Assembly: GCA_963668675.2 (NCBI GenBank)
Contig: CAXXMB010000001.1
Span: forward strand, 640,001-704,000
Length of the DNA: 64,000 nt
DNA from: an uncultured Desulfatitalea sp.
GTDB lineage: Bacteria > Desulfobacterota > Desulfobacteria > Desulfobacterales > Desulfosarcinaceae
Direction: 5' to 3'
The stretch's first letter is position 1, and each line of letters opens with the position of its first letter. The notes below the pieces were generated by a model. That model did no database searches. It worked only from the letters and a program-made list of their open reading frames with translations, and was not told the DNA's origin. Position numbers and translations under genes: made by a program. Of this stretch, positions 9,376 to 18,684 are shown one piece after another.

Positions 9376-11478
9376 CTATCGCGACTCGAACACGGGTTGC
9401 TTGGGCATCTTGATCCACTGATTGAAATGGAACGTGTAGCTGCCTGTTTTTGTCGGCGTGATCGGCATGTAGCGATCTCCTCCATCTACTGATGCAATTT
9501 GGCGAACGATACGCTTGTCCAGCAAAGCTGTCCATCGTCCAACGTAGAGGAAGGTGTACGGCTGAGCATCGGCGATGATTTTGTGCAGGCGATGGCAGTA
9601 GGCCACTTGTGTCGGGTGGTCGTACTCCTGGCGGATTTTAACGATCAGGTCATCGGCCTCTTGATCGCGAAACCCGACAAAATTCAATTGAAAGGGACCG
9701 CTCTGACTTGAGTGCCAGATCTGGTAGAGGTCGGGATCGATCCCCATGGACCAGCCCAGCACCAGGGCATCGAAATCGAGGTCGTGGACCCGCTTCTGGA
9801 TGAAGACCGACCACTCGAGCAAATCGGTTTCGACTTGGATACCTATTTTTTGCCAGGCGTTTTGGGCGACGGCCAGGATCGCTTTGCGTAGCGGGTTGCC
9901 GTTGTTGGTGATCAGGGTAAACGCCATACGACGGCCATTTTTTTGCAGATAGCCGTCCGGTCCCGGTTCCCATCCGGCTTCGGAGAGCAGGGTCAATGCC
10001 CTCTGGGGGTCATAGGGCAGGGGAGAGATCTCGTGGTTGTAGTAGTCGGTCTGTTTGGCAAAAGGGCCTGTGATAGGCTCCCCCTGGCCGTAGAGGACGT
10101 AGTCGATAATTTTCTGGCGGTCGATGGCCATGCCCAAGGCGCGACGAACACGTACATCATCAAAAGGCGGCCGGCGAAGGTTGTAGCCGATATAGGTGTA
10201 GCCGAATGATGTACCGGTAAAATTTTGGAAGCGGTCGTCCTTACTCAAGCGGGCCACCTGGTGGGGCAATACGGCGTAATCGTCGATGGTGCCGGCGTAG
10301 AATTCCATCTCCTGAGTGAGCATGTTTGGAATGACGCGCATCACGTATTGATGATAGTTGGGAGGACCTTCCCAATACGCGTCAAAGCGATCCAGTCTGA
10401 TGAACTGGTCCGACTTCCACTTCCGGAACACGAAGGGACCCGAGCCGACCGGGTATCGGTTGAAGCGACTCTGGCGCATCGTGAATTGCTCCGGGTCCTT
10501 GCCGGTGGCATCTGCTTCAGCTTTCAAGGCGCTGTCATCGAGAAGGTGGGTTGGCAGTATACCCATACTCCAGGTGCCCAGCGCCGGTGAGTAGAGCCTT
10601 TTGTAGATGATTCGGATGGTCAGCGGATCGATCACCTTGACCGATTGCACCGGTTCGAAATCGGGCAGACGAGGGGAGAAGTTTTTGGGGTTTATGATGG
10701 CATGATAGGTAAATGCGACGTCTGTGGCCGTCAGATCGTGTCCGTCGTGAAATTTGACGCCGGGTCGCAAATGGAAGTCGATGATCGGGTTGTGCGCGGT
10801 CTGAGGCAATAGGCTGCGGGCCATGATGGCCAGATCGCCGGGCGGTATGCCACTCTCTGAATGGACATAATCCGCCGGTTCGAACGAGCTGAAATACGCT
10901 TTTCCAAGAATTGGCTCGAGGCGTTCGAAAAGCATCTGATCCACATGTTTCAAGGTGATGCGGATGCGTTTGGGGGCGTTGATACGCAGGGTAACCGTGC
11001 GCTCTGTCTCGCCCTCTTTGTACGAAACGGCCCGTTCGGTTGTTTCCTCTGGCAGCAGCTCAACGTCCGTCACGTGTCGCCAGTCCCCATCATCCGGCAC
11101 GAGCAGCGCCTTGAGATGGGTTGCCAGCGTTTGACTATCGATGGAGCCCCAGCGTTGGGTCGATGCGTTCTTATTGATATAGAAGTAAGCATGTTCGTAA
11201 ATTTGCCAGCGTTTGGCCACACGACCCCGAAAACGAAGCTCCTCATCACGGTCGAGAAGGCCTTCAAAAACAAGTCCGTTGATCTGGCTGCTGGTCGCAT
11301 CCGATGAGAGTACCGGATTCAATAGACTGGCGTCGCCTATAGAGGCGGTGATGAACTGAATCAGCCGGTCGGGATTGCCGCGTGTCTGCTCCTCGTAGCT
11401 GGGCGCCCAGAAATAGGAGATGATCAACACGACGGTCACCAAGGTTGGGGCAGCGATGAGAAAGCGTCGAATATTCAT
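9376..11478 (-). CDS. Peptide ABC transporter substrate-binding protein (family 5, OppA/AppA-like) with N-terminal anchor
   Basis: LRPGVKFHDG..LTATDV.FT, PVGSGPF, FDDVRVRRAL; likely start MNIRRFLIAAP. Confidence 0.9.
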   Translation of the reverse strand: MNIRRFLIAAPTLVTVVLIISYFWAPSYEEQTRGNPDRLIQFITASIGDASLLNPVLSSDATSSQINGLVFEGLLDRDEELRFRGRVAKRWQIYEHAYFYINKNASTQRWGSIDSQTLATHLKALLVPDDGDWRHVTDVELLPEETTERAVSYKEGETERTVTLRINAPKRIRITLKHVDQMLFERLEPILGKAYFSSFEPADYVHSESGIPPGDLAIMARSLLPQTAHNPIIDFHLRPGVKFHDGHDLTATDVAFTYHAIINPKNFSPRLPDFEPVQSVKVIDPLTIRIIYKRLYSPALGTWSMGILPTHLLDDSALKAEADATGKDPEQFTMRQSRFNRYPVGSGPFVFRKWKSDQFIRLDRFDAYWEGPPNYHQYVMRVIPNMLTQEMEFYAGTIDDYAVLPHQVARLSKDDRFQNFTGTSFGYTYIGYNLRRPPFDDVRVRRALGMAIDRQKIIDYVLYGQGEPITGPFAKQTDYYNHEISPLPYDPQRALTLLSEAGWEPGPDGYLQKNGRRMAFTLITNNGNPLRKAILAVAQNAWQKIGIQVETDLLEWSVFIQKRVHDLDFDALVLGWSMGIDPDLYQIWHSSQSGPFQLNFVGFRDQEADDLIVKIRQEYDHPTQVAYCHRLHKIIADAQPYTFLYVGRWTALLDKRIVRQIASVDGGDRYMPITPTKTGSYTFHFNQWIKMPKQPVFESR

Positions 11479-11639
11479 GCGTTGCGGCCGGCTTTTTTGA
11501 TTAGAACGCTGACGTTCGGTGGTTGTTTGAGATTTTGGCGTGTTGATAAAACGCAATGAATTTATTACAATATGAGTGTGTTAACCATAGGGGATTGCCA
11601 TCTCCAAGTCAAGGGAAGAAGCGTCTGGGCATGGCCCAG

Positions 11640-11682
11640 AAAAAAGAGGGGAGTCTTTGCCGTTTACCGCAAAGGCTCCCCT
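11640..11682 (-). terminator. Intrinsic terminator after the 467-aa gene
   Basis: Minus strand AGGGGAGCCTTTGC-GGTAAACG-GCAAAGACTCCCCT (one mismatch) then CTTTTTT. Confidence 0.7.
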
Positions 11683-11715
11683 GGATCGGTTGCAGCATTT
11701 CAGTGCAGCCTTTTT

Positions 11716-13119
11716 TTACTCTTTTGGCGGCTTCTCAGGCGTCGTCTCTTCCGTCTCTTCTGCATCTTCCGCCGCCGCCGCTGCCTTCTCTCTCTCTAAT
11801 TTTGCTGCCTCAAGAGCGGCTGCAACAGTGGCAGTTTTCTGGTTGATCACTTCGAGCTGTGCGGGATCGCTGGTGAGCCGTTTCACCTGGTCAAGACTCT
11901 TCAGGGCCGATTCGAGCGATTTGATGTCGGTTTTGCTGGCCTCCACCTCGGCCTTATAGAGAAGCGTCATGCGTTGGATATAGGTTATGCGGTTTCGCAC
12001 TGCGTCGCGCATCTCTTTCGTCAATGCATATTGTTCCGCCTTTTCAAGATCATCGGTGATGGCCTTGTAATCCGGTAGACCGGCGACTTCAAGCAGTGTG
12101 TCAGCTTTGTTCAGGTAATATCCGAAAATGATGGGAAAAATCTCATTTCTTCGGTACTCTTCCTTGATCGGATCGGCCAGCTGATAGCCGTGCAGGACGG
12201 CGAAGAAGCTCCTTCCCGTTGGGGAGAAGTTGCCTTTCTCGATCTCAACCGCCGCCCCGTGTGAGGTGATAAAATATTTGGCGCTGTTGGTGAAGCTGGC
12301 CCAGATGATCATCAGAACCACTGCGGCTGCAAAGACGGCACCGATTTTAGCGGCGCGCAGGACCGGGTCGACCGGCTCTTTCTCAGGTTGGGCAGGCATC
12401 TCTACCGGCGGCACAGGCGCAGACGGTCCTATCGCTGTTTCCTTTTCGGCCGGAGGTTCGGTTTTTGACTCGGTAGCCGAATCCTCTTCCGTTTTTGTCT
12501 CTAATGCTTTTTCGGGCTCCGGTTCAGGTTCCGGTTCAGATACGGGCGATGCCATTTCGATGCTGGTTTCGGCTTCAGGCGCCTTTACTTCTGCCGGCGA
12601 CTCCGCCGGTTCAGGTTCGGCCGTGGTCGGTGGTTCGATTTTTGACTCAAAAGCCTCCGGCGGTTTGGCCGAAGCCTTTATGTCGGCCATATCGAATTTT
12701 TTAGAGAGAAGTTCCCTCAGGCGTTCTGCCTCTGCAGGATCGTCGGTGTCGATGAATGGCGGGGCCGTCAAACCGGATAGATCCGGTTCGGTAGGCTTTC
12801 CAACTGCCGGTGGCATCTTTCCATCGAACTTTTTAAAGAGAAGTTCCCTCAGCGTTGGTTTCTTTGCAGGCGTTTTAGCTGCCTTGGGGGGGGTTTTAGC
12901 GCTCTTTGCGGTTTTGGTAGGCTTGGTGGCCTTGGTTGTTTTCGTTGCTTTGGTTTGCTTTTTGGCACTTTTTTTTGCGGCAGCTGGTTTGGCTGATGCT
13001 TTTTTGGAAGCATTTGATTTCGCCGCAGCTTTTTTAGCGCTCTTCTTTTTCGATTTTGCCTTCTCTTTTTCAGTTTCCGATTTTTTGGCCGTGGATTTAA
13101 TCAAGCTGTCCTTGCCCAT
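11716..13119 (-). CDS. Hypothetical membrane protein with Lys/Ala-rich (histone H1-like) N-terminus, acidic Pro/Glu linker, TM helix and helical C-terminal domain
   Basis: KKSAKKAAAKS.../KTTKATKPTKTAK N-terminus, PEPEPEPE linker, TM IGAVFAAAVVLMIIWASF; GGGG RBS-like site upstream. Confidence 0.8.
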   Translation of the reverse strand: MGKDSLIKSTAKKSETEKEKAKSKKKSAKKAAAKSNASKKASAKPAAAKKSAKKQTKATKTTKATKPTKTAKSAKTPPKAAKTPAKKPTLRELLFKKFDGKMPPAVGKPTEPDLSGLTAPPFIDTDDPAEAERLRELLSKKFDMADIKASAKPPEAFESKIEPPTTAEPEPAESPAEVKAPEAETSIEMASPVSEPEPEPEPEKALETKTEEDSATESKTEPPAEKETAIGPSAPVPPVEMPAQPEKEPVDPVLRAAKIGAVFAAAVVLMIIWASFTNSAKYFITSHGAAVEIEKGNFSPTGRSFFAVLHGYQLADPIKEEYRRNEIFPIIFGYYLNKADTLLEVAGLPDYKAITDDLEKAEQYALTKEMRDAVRNRITYIQRMTLLYKAEVEASKTDIKSLESALKSLDQVKRLTSDPAQLEVINQKTATVAAALEAAKLEREKAAAAAEDAEETEETTPEKPPKE

Positions 13120-13328
13120 ACTTTGCCCCTTTGCAATTATATAAATTTACATGTATTTTTGGCATCGCTGAACGAGGTGTCAACATAAAGGATCGCCCTT
13201 TTTTTGTAAACCCTTTTTTCCGCTAAAACCTTGCGCAGCGGCTGTTTGAGCCTACGATAAGCAGTGTAATCTGCTATCAAGGCTTACCACATAAAGGTCA
13301 AATCGATACCAGCCGAAGGGAACCTGAA

Positions 13329-14168
13329 ATGAGAAAGAGCAGATCTGCCTCTCTGGAAAATAAAGAGCGCGTGCTAAAAAAAGTCCTATCGGTGTATCGC
13401 TCCATGGGGGTCGCCTTCTCCGGCGGTGTCGACAGCACGTTGCTGCTTGCCGCAGCAAAAAAAGGTCTCGGTGATCGAGTTGTCGCATTCACCGCAGTCT
13501 CGAATATCCATCCCAGCGGTGAAAAGGAGTTGGCCATTGAAATGGCCAAACAACTGGGCGTGCGCCACGTATTGATCCCCACTCATGAACTCGACAATCC
13601 TGACTTCGTCGATAACGGTGTGGACCGATGCTATCATTGCAAGCGGCAACTCTTTTTAGCGATATTAGAACAGTCCGCAACCCTTGGAATTAACGTCATC
13701 GCACATGGTGCCAATCTGGACGATGTGTCGGACGTAAGACCGGGCTTTCGCGCTGCCCGGGAGCTTTCGGTCGCAGCACCTTTGATCGATGCCGGGTTGA
13801 CCAAAGCCGATGTACGGCAATTGGCAAGGAAGTGGGGATTGGCCAATTGGGACCGGCCGTCTATGGCGTGTTTGGCTACGCGGATACCATACGGTACAAT
13901 GATACGTTTGGAGATGCTGCAGCAGATCGACCGTGCCGAAGCGATGCTTCGCAGGTTTGGTGTCGGGCAGTGCCGGGTGCGTCACTACGGCAATATGGCC
14001 AGAATCGAGACAGACGCGGTGTGGATAGAGCGAATGGCAAACCCTCCGCTTCGTCAGCAGATTGTGCAGGGGTTGCAAGCGCTTGGATACCAGCATGTCT
14101 GTTTGGACTTGGAGGGGTATCTGTCCGGAAAAATGAATCGTGGTAAAGGTCCGTCCGAGCGTTCATGA
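13329..14168 (+). CDS. larE: LarE-like ATP-dependent sulfur transferase (PP-loop, TIGR00268 type)
   Basis: VAFSGGVDS PP-loop, RCYHCK, DD..D.RPG, ACLATRIPYG, DLEGY.SGKMN. Confidence 0.85.
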   Translation: MRKSRSASLENKERVLKKVLSVYRSMGVAFSGGVDSTLLLAAAKKGLGDRVVAFTAVSNIHPSGEKELAIEMAKQLGVRHVLIPTHELDNPDFVDNGVDRCYHCKRQLFLAILEQSATLGINVIAHGANLDDVSDVRPGFRAARELSVAAPLIDAGLTKADVRQLARKWGLANWDRPSMACLATRIPYGTMIRLEMLQQIDRAEAMLRRFGVGQCRVRHYGNMARIETDAVWIERMANPPLRQQIVQGLQALGYQHVCLDLEGYLSGKMNRGKGPSERS

Positions 14169-14185
14169 CGCCCGATGCGGCACGC

Positions 14186-14395
14186 TCATTTTTGGGGCTC
14201 TGCCAACTGCAGTATCGCCTTTTCGATCACCTCCGATGTCGTTCCGTTGGTACGGCGTTTCTCCCGATTGAGAATGATTTGGGCTTTAAGCGATATCATG
14301 GCGGACACTTGCTTTTTCCCATCTTTCTTCTGGCGTTCACGCCACCTTTGCTGGCGCTCCCGATCGGTTTTGCGGCGCTGATTCAACGTGGCCAT
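14186..14395 (-). CDS. Small basic protein, putative ribbon-helix-helix DNA-binding protein
   Basis: 69 aa; AGGAG RBS; RERQQRWRER basic helix, then beta strand QVSAMIS and helix TTSEVIEKAI. Confidence 0.6.
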   Translation of the reverse strand: MATLNQRRKTDRERQQRWRERQKKDGKKQVSAMISLKAQIILNREKRRTNGTTSEVIEKAILQLAEPQK

Positions 14396-14798
14396 GGGCG
14401 AGCTTCTCCTGAAAGCCTACTTGAGTTGGGTTGTCGGGATAATGAGTTATCTGTAACGCTGGTATTAACTTGTGCTTTAGAACGCATCAAAAGTCAATGC
14501 GATTGAGGGAATTATCTGTACATCGTTGCAAGACGTCTCATTGCGGTGAGTCAGCGCAAAGGCCATTTGGGGGCCGTGGGGTATTGTAACGCCTCAAATA
14601 GGGCTTGTTAAAAAAACCATTTATTGTTAATAAGTTACCTTTGAACTGGTGCTTGTTTGAAACAAACCATGTCACCGGCTTGTGATTGATTGAATAGAGA
14701 CAACGCACCAGTTTGCGTTCGACGGTCACGGCAAGGTGTGCCGGTCGGCTGTAGTGTTCGAATCTGATTGAATTTGGCAAGAGACATCAAGGATCGTC

Positions 14799-15269
14799 AT
14801 GGCGGATCTGCTGGTTCGTTTATATCGGTTACCCGAGATAGAGCCCCATCTTCTGGCATTGGAACAGAAGGGAGTCACTGTGCGACGCGCCATGGCTTAT
14901 GAGCGGCGTAAGGTGATGCGTTGGGTGGAAGACAGCTTCGGGGCGCTTTGGGCCGGTGAGAGTGCCACGGCCTTTGGCCGTCAGCCCATCGGTTGTTACC
15001 TCGCCATCTCTGAGGAACGGATCGTGGGTTTCAGTTGCCTGGAGTGTACGTTTAAAAACTTCGTCGGCCCCATAGGCGTCTCTCAAGGCCACCGTACCGC
15101 TGGTGTGGGACGCGCCCTGCTCTTGGCCTGTTTGAGAGAGATGGCGCTGTCCGGATACGCCTACGCCATTGTCGGTGATGCCGGGGAGCCGGCCTTTTTC
15201 GAAAAGGCTGCGGGCGCATCCGTGATCAACGGGTCAATACCGGGACCCTATCCACCCAAGCTTAAATAG
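14799..15269 (+). CDS. GNAT family N-acetyltransferase
   Basis: GPIGV...HRTAGVGRALL acetyl-CoA motif A, GYAYAIVG. Confidence 0.85.
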   Translation: MADLLVRLYRLPEIEPHLLALEQKGVTVRRAMAYERRKVMRWVEDSFGALWAGESATAFGRQPIGCYLAISEERIVGFSCLECTFKNFVGPIGVSQGHRTAGVGRALLLACLREMALSGYAYAIVGDAGEPAFFEKAAGASVINGSIPGPYPPKLK

Positions 15270-15328
15270 CAGGCCAATACAGACTTCGAATGGAAATCAA
15301 AAGAGAGCGGTGGGGGAGTAGATGTGTA

Positions 15329-16555
15329 ATGGGTTTTGAAACGTTCATAGCCAGACGGTTTTTAAAGATAAAAAATCAGCGCAAACTGGTCCCCGTGATC
15401 ACCATATTGGCAACGTTAGGCGTCACGGTAGGGGTAATGGTTTTGATAGTGGTCATCGCCGTTATGACCGGTTTTCAGTCGGAACTGAAAAGCCGTATCC
15501 TGAATATCGATTCCCACATCATGGTGATGCGATTCAATGATTGGATCAGAGATTACAACACGGCTCTCGATCGAATTGGCCGGATCCAGGGGGTGGAATC
15601 TGCCTCGCCGTTTGTCTATGCCCATGGCATGCTGAGAGCTTCCGATGGCGTGTCGGGGGTGGTCTTGCGCGGCGTCGATCCTGAGCGCACAGGTGTGCGC
15701 GTCAACGTGGGCGGCGGCCAACGCATCGGCGATCTGTTGGAGATGAGGGATGGCGGCACCGCTGAAACCGGTGTGGTTCTGGGTAAGGTGCTTGCGGATA
15801 AATTGAACGTCGGGGTCGGCAGCAGCGTCCTGCTCGTAGTGGCCGATGCCCGTCAGACCAGTTTTCGCGTGTTACCGAAGAGCCAGCGCCTGAAGGTTGT
15901 GGGGCTTTTTGAGACCGGCATGCACCAATACGACGGTACCATGGGATTTGTGCGCTTCGACCGTTTGCAACAGATGGTCGGAGTGTCCGATCTGGCTACC
16001 GGGTTGGAGGTGCGGGTCAAACATCCAGATGATGTGGCCAAGATCAGCCGTGAGATTCTTTCGTCTTTGGGGGACAGTTACTGGGCCACCCATTGGATAC
16101 GGATGCACCATAATCTGTTCTCCATGTTGGGTGTGCAGAAGGTGATGATGTATGTCATTCTGACCCTGATCATTCTGGTAGCCGCTTTCAATATCGCCAG
16201 CGCCCTCATCATGATGGTCAAAGAAAAAGTTAAAGATATCGCAATTTTGAAGGTGATGGGAGCCAGCAACAGAAACATCATGAACATATTTTTAAAGAAG
16301 GGCATGACCATCGGTATGGTCGGGATCGGATTGGGCGGCTGCGCCGGCCTGCTGCTCTGTTGGATTCTCGCCCAATATCCGATTATCGAACTGCCGGGCG
16401 ATGTCTATTTCCTCACCACATTGCCAGTGAAGATCACACTGGCCGATCTGGCTGTGATCGGGATAGGGACCTTTGGCATTTGTGTGTGCGCTTCACTCTA
16501 CCCTGCATGGAAAGCGGCCAAATTGAGACCGGCTGATGGCGTTCGATATCGTTGA
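15329..16555 (+). CDS. Lipoprotein-releasing ABC transporter permease (LolC/E family)
   Basis: FIARRFL, VIAVMTGFQSELK, LIILVAAFNI, DIAILKVMGA, YPAWKAAKL.P. Confidence 0.9.
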   Translation: MGFETFIARRFLKIKNQRKLVPVITILATLGVTVGVMVLIVVIAVMTGFQSELKSRILNIDSHIMVMRFNDWIRDYNTALDRIGRIQGVESASPFVYAHGMLRASDGVSGVVLRGVDPERTGVRVNVGGGQRIGDLLEMRDGGTAETGVVLGKVLADKLNVGVGSSVLLVVADARQTSFRVLPKSQRLKVVGLFETGMHQYDGTMGFVRFDRLQQMVGVSDLATGLEVRVKHPDDVAKISREILSSLGDSYWATHWIRMHHNLFSMLGVQKVMMYVILTLIILVAAFNIASALIMMVKEKVKDIAILKVMGASNRNIMNIFLKKGMTIGMVGIGLGGCAGLLLCWILAQYPIIELPGDVYFLTTLPVKITLADLAVIGIGTFGICVCASLYPAWKAAKLRPADGVRYR

Positions 16556-16603
16556 CCATCATGCCCGAATCTTTTCACCATTTCCAATCGACGGGATAAT
16601 TCA

Positions 16604-17056
16604 GTGGGTAAATTTTTAAAGGTTATATTGATCACGCTTTTTGTGTCTCTCGTTGTTTTTGCCGCCATCGCCGAAAGGCCCATCGCAGTAAAATTGATGA
16701 CGGGTCTGAATTTGGCGCTCTATCTGCGCCTGGTCGTCCTGCTGGGTTTGGTAATCGCCGTGTTTCTGGCATGGGGCTACAAGCGCAAGATAGAGGCATC
16801 CCAGAAATATGTTCGTGCACAGGAGATTGTCGACCAGGCTGGTGAAAAGGCTGAGCGGGCCAAACGGGAAAATGAACGGATGGAGGAGAAGCTCAAGGCC
16901 GAATACGATCAAAAAAAACTGAATTTGGACGAACAACTTTTGCAGATGAGACATGAATATGAAGAGCGCATCCGGGGCTTAAAAGAGCAAAACATTGAAT
17001 TAAAGGAGTCGGTCGGAAAGCTCATGCATTTGGTTAAAAAAAACAAGGTCTCTTGA
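16604..17056 (+). CDS. Hypothetical membrane protein with C-terminal coiled coil
   Basis: Two N-terminal hydrophobic helices followed by an E/K-rich coiled coil. Confidence 0.7.
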   Translation: MGKFLKVILITLFVSLVVFAAIAERPIAVKLMTGLNLALYLRLVVLLGLVIAVFLAWGYKRKIEASQKYVRAQEIVDQAGEKAERAKRENERMEEKLKAEYDQKKLNLDEQLLQMRHEYEERIRGLKEQNIELKESVGKLMHLVKKNKVS

Positions 17057-17195
17057 AAGCATCGCAAGGTTGTTGGTCAGATACGCGGATTGTGCTAAAG
17101 TTCACTAATGTTGTCCAATTTTTTAGGCGAATAAAAATTGGTTTACAACAATTGAGATTCGGATCGACAAATCGGAATGAAGGGAAGGTGCTGCC

Positions 17196-17906
17196 ATGAT
17201 CAATCGGAGTCCGTTCCAGTTTCACTATCAATTTCAGTTTTTGAATGGACAGATCAAAGACTATCGGATCTCATTGGACCCGGATTCATTGAGCCTTATT
17301 CCTTTAGCCTCTGCTGCCGAGACACCGGAGTGGGTGCATCTTGAATACAAACAGTGCCGGGATTGCCCCCTTCAGTCGGATGCCCATAAAAATTGCCCCA
17401 TCGCCGTGAATATTATGGAGCTGGTCGAAACGTTCAAGACCGTCTTTTCGTACCATGACTGCACGGTTGTATGCGAGACAGCAGAGCGTTCCTATTTGAA
17501 AAAGACATCGGTGATGGAGGGGTTGTCGGCCATATTCGGTGTCATCATGGCGACAAGCGATTGTCCGGTCATGGAGTTCTTGAAACCCATGGCGCGCTTT
17601 CATCTGCCCTTTGCCACCATTGAGGAGACCACCGTACGTACAGCGTCCATGTACCTGTTGGCGCAATATTTCAAGTATAAAAACCAACCCGGGATGAAGT
17701 TTGACTTCAAGACGCTGGAGAGACACTACAGCAAGGTCCAGGTGGTCAACGAGGGATTATTGGATCGCATCAACAGTGTCAGCAGTGAGGATGCGGATAA
17801 GAACGCCATAGTGACACTGCACTCACTTTCACAGTTCCTGTCCATGGAGATGGACTACAGTTTAAGCGGGTTGGAGTATATTTTTGCCGGACGCTTTGCC
17901 GATTGA
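17196..17906 (+). CDS. DUF6901-like Cys-containing protein, paralog 1
   Basis: PEW..L...QC..CPL....CP.A; MATS.CP...LKPMARFHLPFA; family name from recall, not a search. Confidence 0.75.
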   Translation: MINRSPFQFHYQFQFLNGQIKDYRISLDPDSLSLIPLASAAETPEWVHLEYKQCRDCPLQSDAHKNCPIAVNIMELVETFKTVFSYHDCTVVCETAERSYLKKTSVMEGLSAIFGVIMATSDCPVMEFLKPMARFHLPFATIEETTVRTASMYLLAQYFKYKNQPGMKFDFKTLERHYSKVQVVNEGLLDRINSVSSEDADKNAIVTLHSLSQFLSMEMDYSLSGLEYIFAGRFAD

Positions 17907-17925
17907 CGGTGATGGCCCATAGCGG

Positions 17926-18642
17926 ATGAACATGCGAAACATCGAGATCGAGTACCGTTTTCAGATAGAAGGCGACCAGAGCGAGTCCTATCAGGTGATC
18001 CTTGATCCACTAAGCCTTCAAATGGTGGAAACCGGTGCGCAAGTGATGCCCGAATGGACCAAACTGACATTTCATCAATGTGGCAACTGCCCCCTCGACA
18101 GCTTAAAGATATCTCGCTGTCCTGCTGCCGCCAATATGGTGCTGCTCGTTGAGCGTTTCAATCAGCTGCTCTCTTACGACAGCACGACCGTAATGGTTGT
18201 CACCGCCGAACGAAAGGTATTCAGTGAAACCACAGTGCAGCGGGGCGTATGCTCCCTGATGGGCCTGCTGATGGCTTCGAGTGGATGCCCCTTGACGGCT
18301 TTTTTTAAACCCATGGCCCGTTTTCACCTTCCCTTTGCAAGTACTGAAGAGACCATATGGCGGGCAACCTCCACCTATTTGCTGGCGCAATATTTTCAAC
18401 AGCAGGAGGGAATATCTCCCGATGTCTGTTTTCATGGATTGAGCGAAATTTACGACCAGATCCAAACCGTCAATCAAGCTTTTGCCAAGCGGCTGCGTTC
18501 CGCTTGCCGGCACGACTCCATGATCAATGCCATTATTCTGCTGGATATGTTCGCCAAATCGATGCCGACGGCAATCGAGGATTCGCTGGAGGATATTCGC
18601 CATCTTTTCGAACCCTATTTGTTGAGTTCATCCCCTTCATGA
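17926..18642 (+). CDS. DUF6901-like Cys-containing protein, paralog 2
   Basis: Same motifs: PEWTKL.FHQCGNCPL...CPAA, MASSGCP, KPMARFHLPFA. Confidence 0.75.
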   Translation: MNMRNIEIEYRFQIEGDQSESYQVILDPLSLQMVETGAQVMPEWTKLTFHQCGNCPLDSLKISRCPAAANMVLLVERFNQLLSYDSTTVMVVTAERKVFSETTVQRGVCSLMGLLMASSGCPLTAFFKPMARFHLPFASTEETIWRATSTYLLAQYFQQQEGISPDVCFHGLSEIYDQIQTVNQAFAKRLRSACRHDSMINAIILLDMFAKSMPTAIEDSLEDIRHLFEPYLLSSSPS

Positions 18643-18684
18643 TACTGAAACGCAAAGAGACATTAGCGGAGAAAGAACAGTAAA

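Noticed and set aside
12230..13144. 304-aa plus-strand ORF
   Set aside because: Antisense shadow of the low-complexity Lys/Ala/Glu/Pro gene
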